From Rhynchopus sp. YZ270_cl-10 (lineage: Eukaryota): a stretch of DNA of 64,000 nt. The notes beneath the pieces are model-generated. The model saw only the letters and a list, made by a program, of their open reading frames with translations, searched no databases and had not been told where the DNA came from. Each line of letters opens with the position of its first letter. Positions within the stretch are counted from its first letter, which is position 1. The stretch covers positions 310,001 to 374,000 of the forward strand of contig OZ037840.1 of assembly GCA_964035575.1 (NCBI GenBank). Direction: 5' to 3'. Made by a program: the position numbers and the translations under genes. This document shows, piece after piece, positions 60,114-64,000 of the stretch.

Positions 60114-62048
60114 GGTGGGGGAAGGGGGAAAACCACACATACACACATCAATGAGACCCCACTGTAGGGAGCACCCATAATTGATTTCAAAACACATATC
60201 CCCCCGCACACCAATATCCTTTTATTTTGTTTGGAAGAAAAAAAACTGTCCGCAACTGATTTTTTTTTTTGAAAACTTGGTTGTATTAGTGTAGCCACCC
60301 TAGAGTGTGCTCCACTACTTTTTTTTTTTCACATGAAGCATTTCCATCAGAGAGATGAAGGGGGAGAAGAGGAAGCCTTCATGAGAAAAAGAGAAAAAAA
60401 AGGGGGGTAATAAAATATATGAAGCACAGCGAAATACCTTCAGGGGGTGGGGGAAAGGAATATCGCTCTTACCTACGAGCCACAAGGGTGTTGTTTCTTT
60501 TATTTGTATTTTTTTTGAAAAGCAACTTTTTTTTTTGCTATTTGTATTTCCCCACACACACACACACGCACAGCACACACACACCCCAACCCCTCATCGT
60601 CCACATATACACCTATGAACAGCGGACACATGGGGGGGTACACCAGGCCGCATACCCCGAACGCGAATACCTATTCGCCCTATATTCCGATCCCAAAATT
60701 CTTGGACCATATTCGCCCTACATTCGGATCCGAATATAGGGCAAATACGAAATTCGGCTTCGAGGTATGCCTAGGGGGCACACCCGCATATGGATTCAAA
60801 AAAAAATGTACAGTAGGTTTCAGCATACACAGGCAGTGTTCCACTCTTGGACACCACTCACGACTGCTGTCAACATCATACACACATACACACACACGTC
60901 CCAAATAGAAGCCGGATAGTTCTGCTTTCATGCACTGACCTTGAACAATAGGGTCACCTGTATTGAATAAGTGTGTTTAAAAAGGCGCTATTGATAATAA
61001 CAAAATGAAATGCCCCTTGGTGTGGCCGACAAAATAGCAGAAAGTAGCACAAAAATAGCACAAAATAGCACCCCCTTTCAGCCACACCAGCCCCCCCTTC
61101 TTTATTTATTCGTTGTTCAACCGGAAGAGCGCGTCTTTCATTTCCAGACGTATTGCATAACATCATACAAAATCATTATTACCAACCCATGTTTTTGCCG
61201 GTGTTGGGCGTTTGTTTGGTGGTGTTTGCCGAAAGTTGCTACCGGCCAAATCAGGTGGTATTTTCAAAATAAAATAAAATAAATAGAAACTGGAAGTTCG
61301 TTGATAGATATTCTGCTACGCATGGACAACCTCCACACCACATTGTAACGACGACATTTAAAATAAAAATTATTACGCGTCCACTCGACGTTTGGATAAA
61401 GAAAACTAGAGATGAAAGGGGGTTTGGGGGGAAGAGTTTGAGTCTTGAACGCATCCCCACACTCAAGTCACACATAAAATATAAAAATGGGGCAGTTGGG
61501 AGAAGATATTATCATACCACAGTCACGCCGTACACCAGAATGAGACCTTTGCCAATAAGGTCCCCCACAGACGGCCTGTGTGAGGAAGTTGTTTTTGAGG
61601 GAATGTTTTTTTTTTGTCATAAAAATGTTGTGATAGCAGCTGCCATCCAGCAATCGAGCATTTTGCACAAAAAAAAACTTTGGTAAATGTGGCAAGTCCG
61701 AATGGACTGGCGGGCGAAACACTTCGAGGAGCCTTGTTGTTCCGAGGGTTTGAGCCTTATAGCCAGTACCTACGGTTCGCCCAGTCAGCATGATATTAAA
61801 TAGTTCACGTTGGTATAGGCAAGAAGCCAGTAGTACAACTTCGAGCCAAGTTAAAAGATGAACTTAAGGAGTTAAGCCTCTCGTGTTTAGTCACCTATTA
61901 AAAAAGTGGCTATTTTATGAATAATTTCCTCACATCCACTCGAACCAGCCCTAAGCGATTACATTCACAAAAAAAGTTAACTTGAAATACAAAACCCTCT
62001 CGAGAACTGTGTACCCTTTTTGGTGCAATAACCGGCTGTACCGGGGAC

Positions 62049-62471
<423 letters not shown>

Positions 62472-62547
62472 CCGGGGACCCCCCCAACCATCCATTTCGT
62501 GGTTTACATCTGGAAGGAAAAAAATGGGGTATTTGGAGAGGACATAC

Positions 62548-64000
62548 TTTTCACCCGCAACACTCGCACTCCAGAAGTGCACGGAGACTGGGAGGAGGTA
62601 TATCCACACAAGACCGCAGATACCCCCACCGAAGGAGGCGACGGTGCCCACCTCTACCTTGAAGGCGGCCGGGACAGTCGCAAGGACAATGAGGATTGCG
62701 CTGACAAGCTGTGTTATGTGTAAGTGGTGTTCCGGAAGGGGAGGTGAACATAGGAATTTTATCGGAAGTTTATACGGGGTGGAGGGTAGAGTTGGCTAAA
62801 GTGACGTATGTTTTTTTTTTTCTCAACATTTTTTTCAAGATGCGCAAAAAAATAAATTAGTTTCGCATTTTTAAAAGAGTGAAAACCCCCTCCTCCTCTT
62901 CCTCCCCCACCTACTGTACTCTATTCTCACCATCATATTACAATACCGTCTAACAGATACTACCATAAAACCAAACTCCGCTAGAAAAAAAAAAAACTCA
63001 GAAAGAAAAAAAAAAAAAATCAAGCATTTTTACGGTCAGTATGATATTATGTTACCGGTACTAATGGGAAGCACATACCGCACTCATCCCGAGGGTGGGT
63101 CTGATGATTTTCGAGTCTCTGAAGAAATCGAAGACCTGTGTTCTACAGAGGTAGATCAGAAGCGGGTACACCATGCAGTTCTGCATCAGCACACAGATGC
63201 GGCACACAAAGGCGAAATAGTCATCTGTGGCAAACATCTTTTTGTCAATAAAGTTCGATTCGATCGTCCCCGCGCAGTGGCGGTATCCAAACACCGCCGA
63301 CAGCCCCGGCAGGATGTAGCAAATCGCCGTCCCAATATACCCAAGCAAATGATCCCTCCCCGCCTTCCCCGGGTTTGCAGATGTCTCCAATACCGGACAA
63401 ATCAAGTTGTGCAAAAAGAACGAAAGGCACAACACCGACGCAAACTGCGGCCAAGTGTCCTTATACAATTTGAAGTTGTCGACGGTGTGTACATGGGCGT
63501 GTTGGAGAAGAATGCTGGATAGTGTGCCATCTTCGTCCACCGAGAGAGATCCGCTTGCGCTGGTATTGTCGCTTCCGTCCTCCATGCCTGCGGGGCAAAG
63601 GGAAGGGTCATTCCAGACCTGGGCAGATTTGACGATAATGAATGTCATGTTAAAAAGAACAAAGACAATGGAGAAGGTGGACATCTTGAAAAGCGGCTCC
63701 AAATTTCTGATAAACGAGAACACAAACTGCAGCACCGCGACCGCCAGGGCAACGTAGAAATCAGAGAAGAACTTCCAGGAGGTGTCGCTCAGGCCGAGAA
63801 TCGATTGCGTGGAGTACTTATGATAGCTCATAAGCGCTACGACCAGGACCAACGTAGATGTCCACTGTGCAATGGCTTCAACTAAAGGAGACATCCGCCA
63901 GATTACCTTGAAGAAGTTTGTTTCGTTGAGCTTGACAGACTGAACGTAAATCATCCTGCACGTATACAGCGACACACAAAACCCAGCAAAGAAGACTATC
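62548..64000 (-). CDS. Amino-acid transporter (Aa_trans / SLC38A9-like), partial; exons >64000-63079 and 62708-62548; last exon not located
   Basis: Frame open to window edge; many TM segments; LSFFLHN and VYPLLIYLCRTQ motifs; donor GCG|GTATGT and acceptor AACACAG|CTT (phase 0) add LVSAILIVLA..GGICGLVWIYLLP; next donor AA|GTATGT at 62547. Confidence 0.85.

Noticed and set aside
60320..60438. Candidate last exon of the transporter (K|YFAVLHIFYY)
   Set aside because: Phase fits but the continuation is low-complexity and not TM-like; needs transcript data

Overview
Repeat-rich eukaryotic DNA, probably from a euglenozoan such as a diplonemid. That assignment is an inference from the gene families, the C/A-rich splice acceptors and the one-strand gene layout. 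All six host genes lie on the minus strand: (1) a spliced ~1435-aa surface protein with four PLAT-like modules, a PTPAP mucin stalk and a multi-pass TM tail; (2) an ankyrin protein; (3-5) three membrane class III nucleotide cyclase genes, two with an active plus a degenerate domain and one with a degenerate domain only, plus a 3' gene fragment; (6) part of a spliced SLC38A9-like amino-acid transporter. The rest is a dense, often nested mosaic of DNA-transposon derivatives whose TIRs and TSDs can be read directly: hAT-type (8-bp TSD), Harbinger-type (3-bp TSD), Tc1/mariner-type (TA), a TG..CA family with 5-bp TSDs, and a CATAC..GTATG family with 6-bp TSDs, one copy of which carries a broken AT-hook/zinc-finger/hAT-like transposase. 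There are also retroposon remnants and long microsatellites, two of which sit beside a module shared across transposon families. No rRNA, tRNA, SL RNA or CRISPR array was recognised. All comparisons were made by eye.
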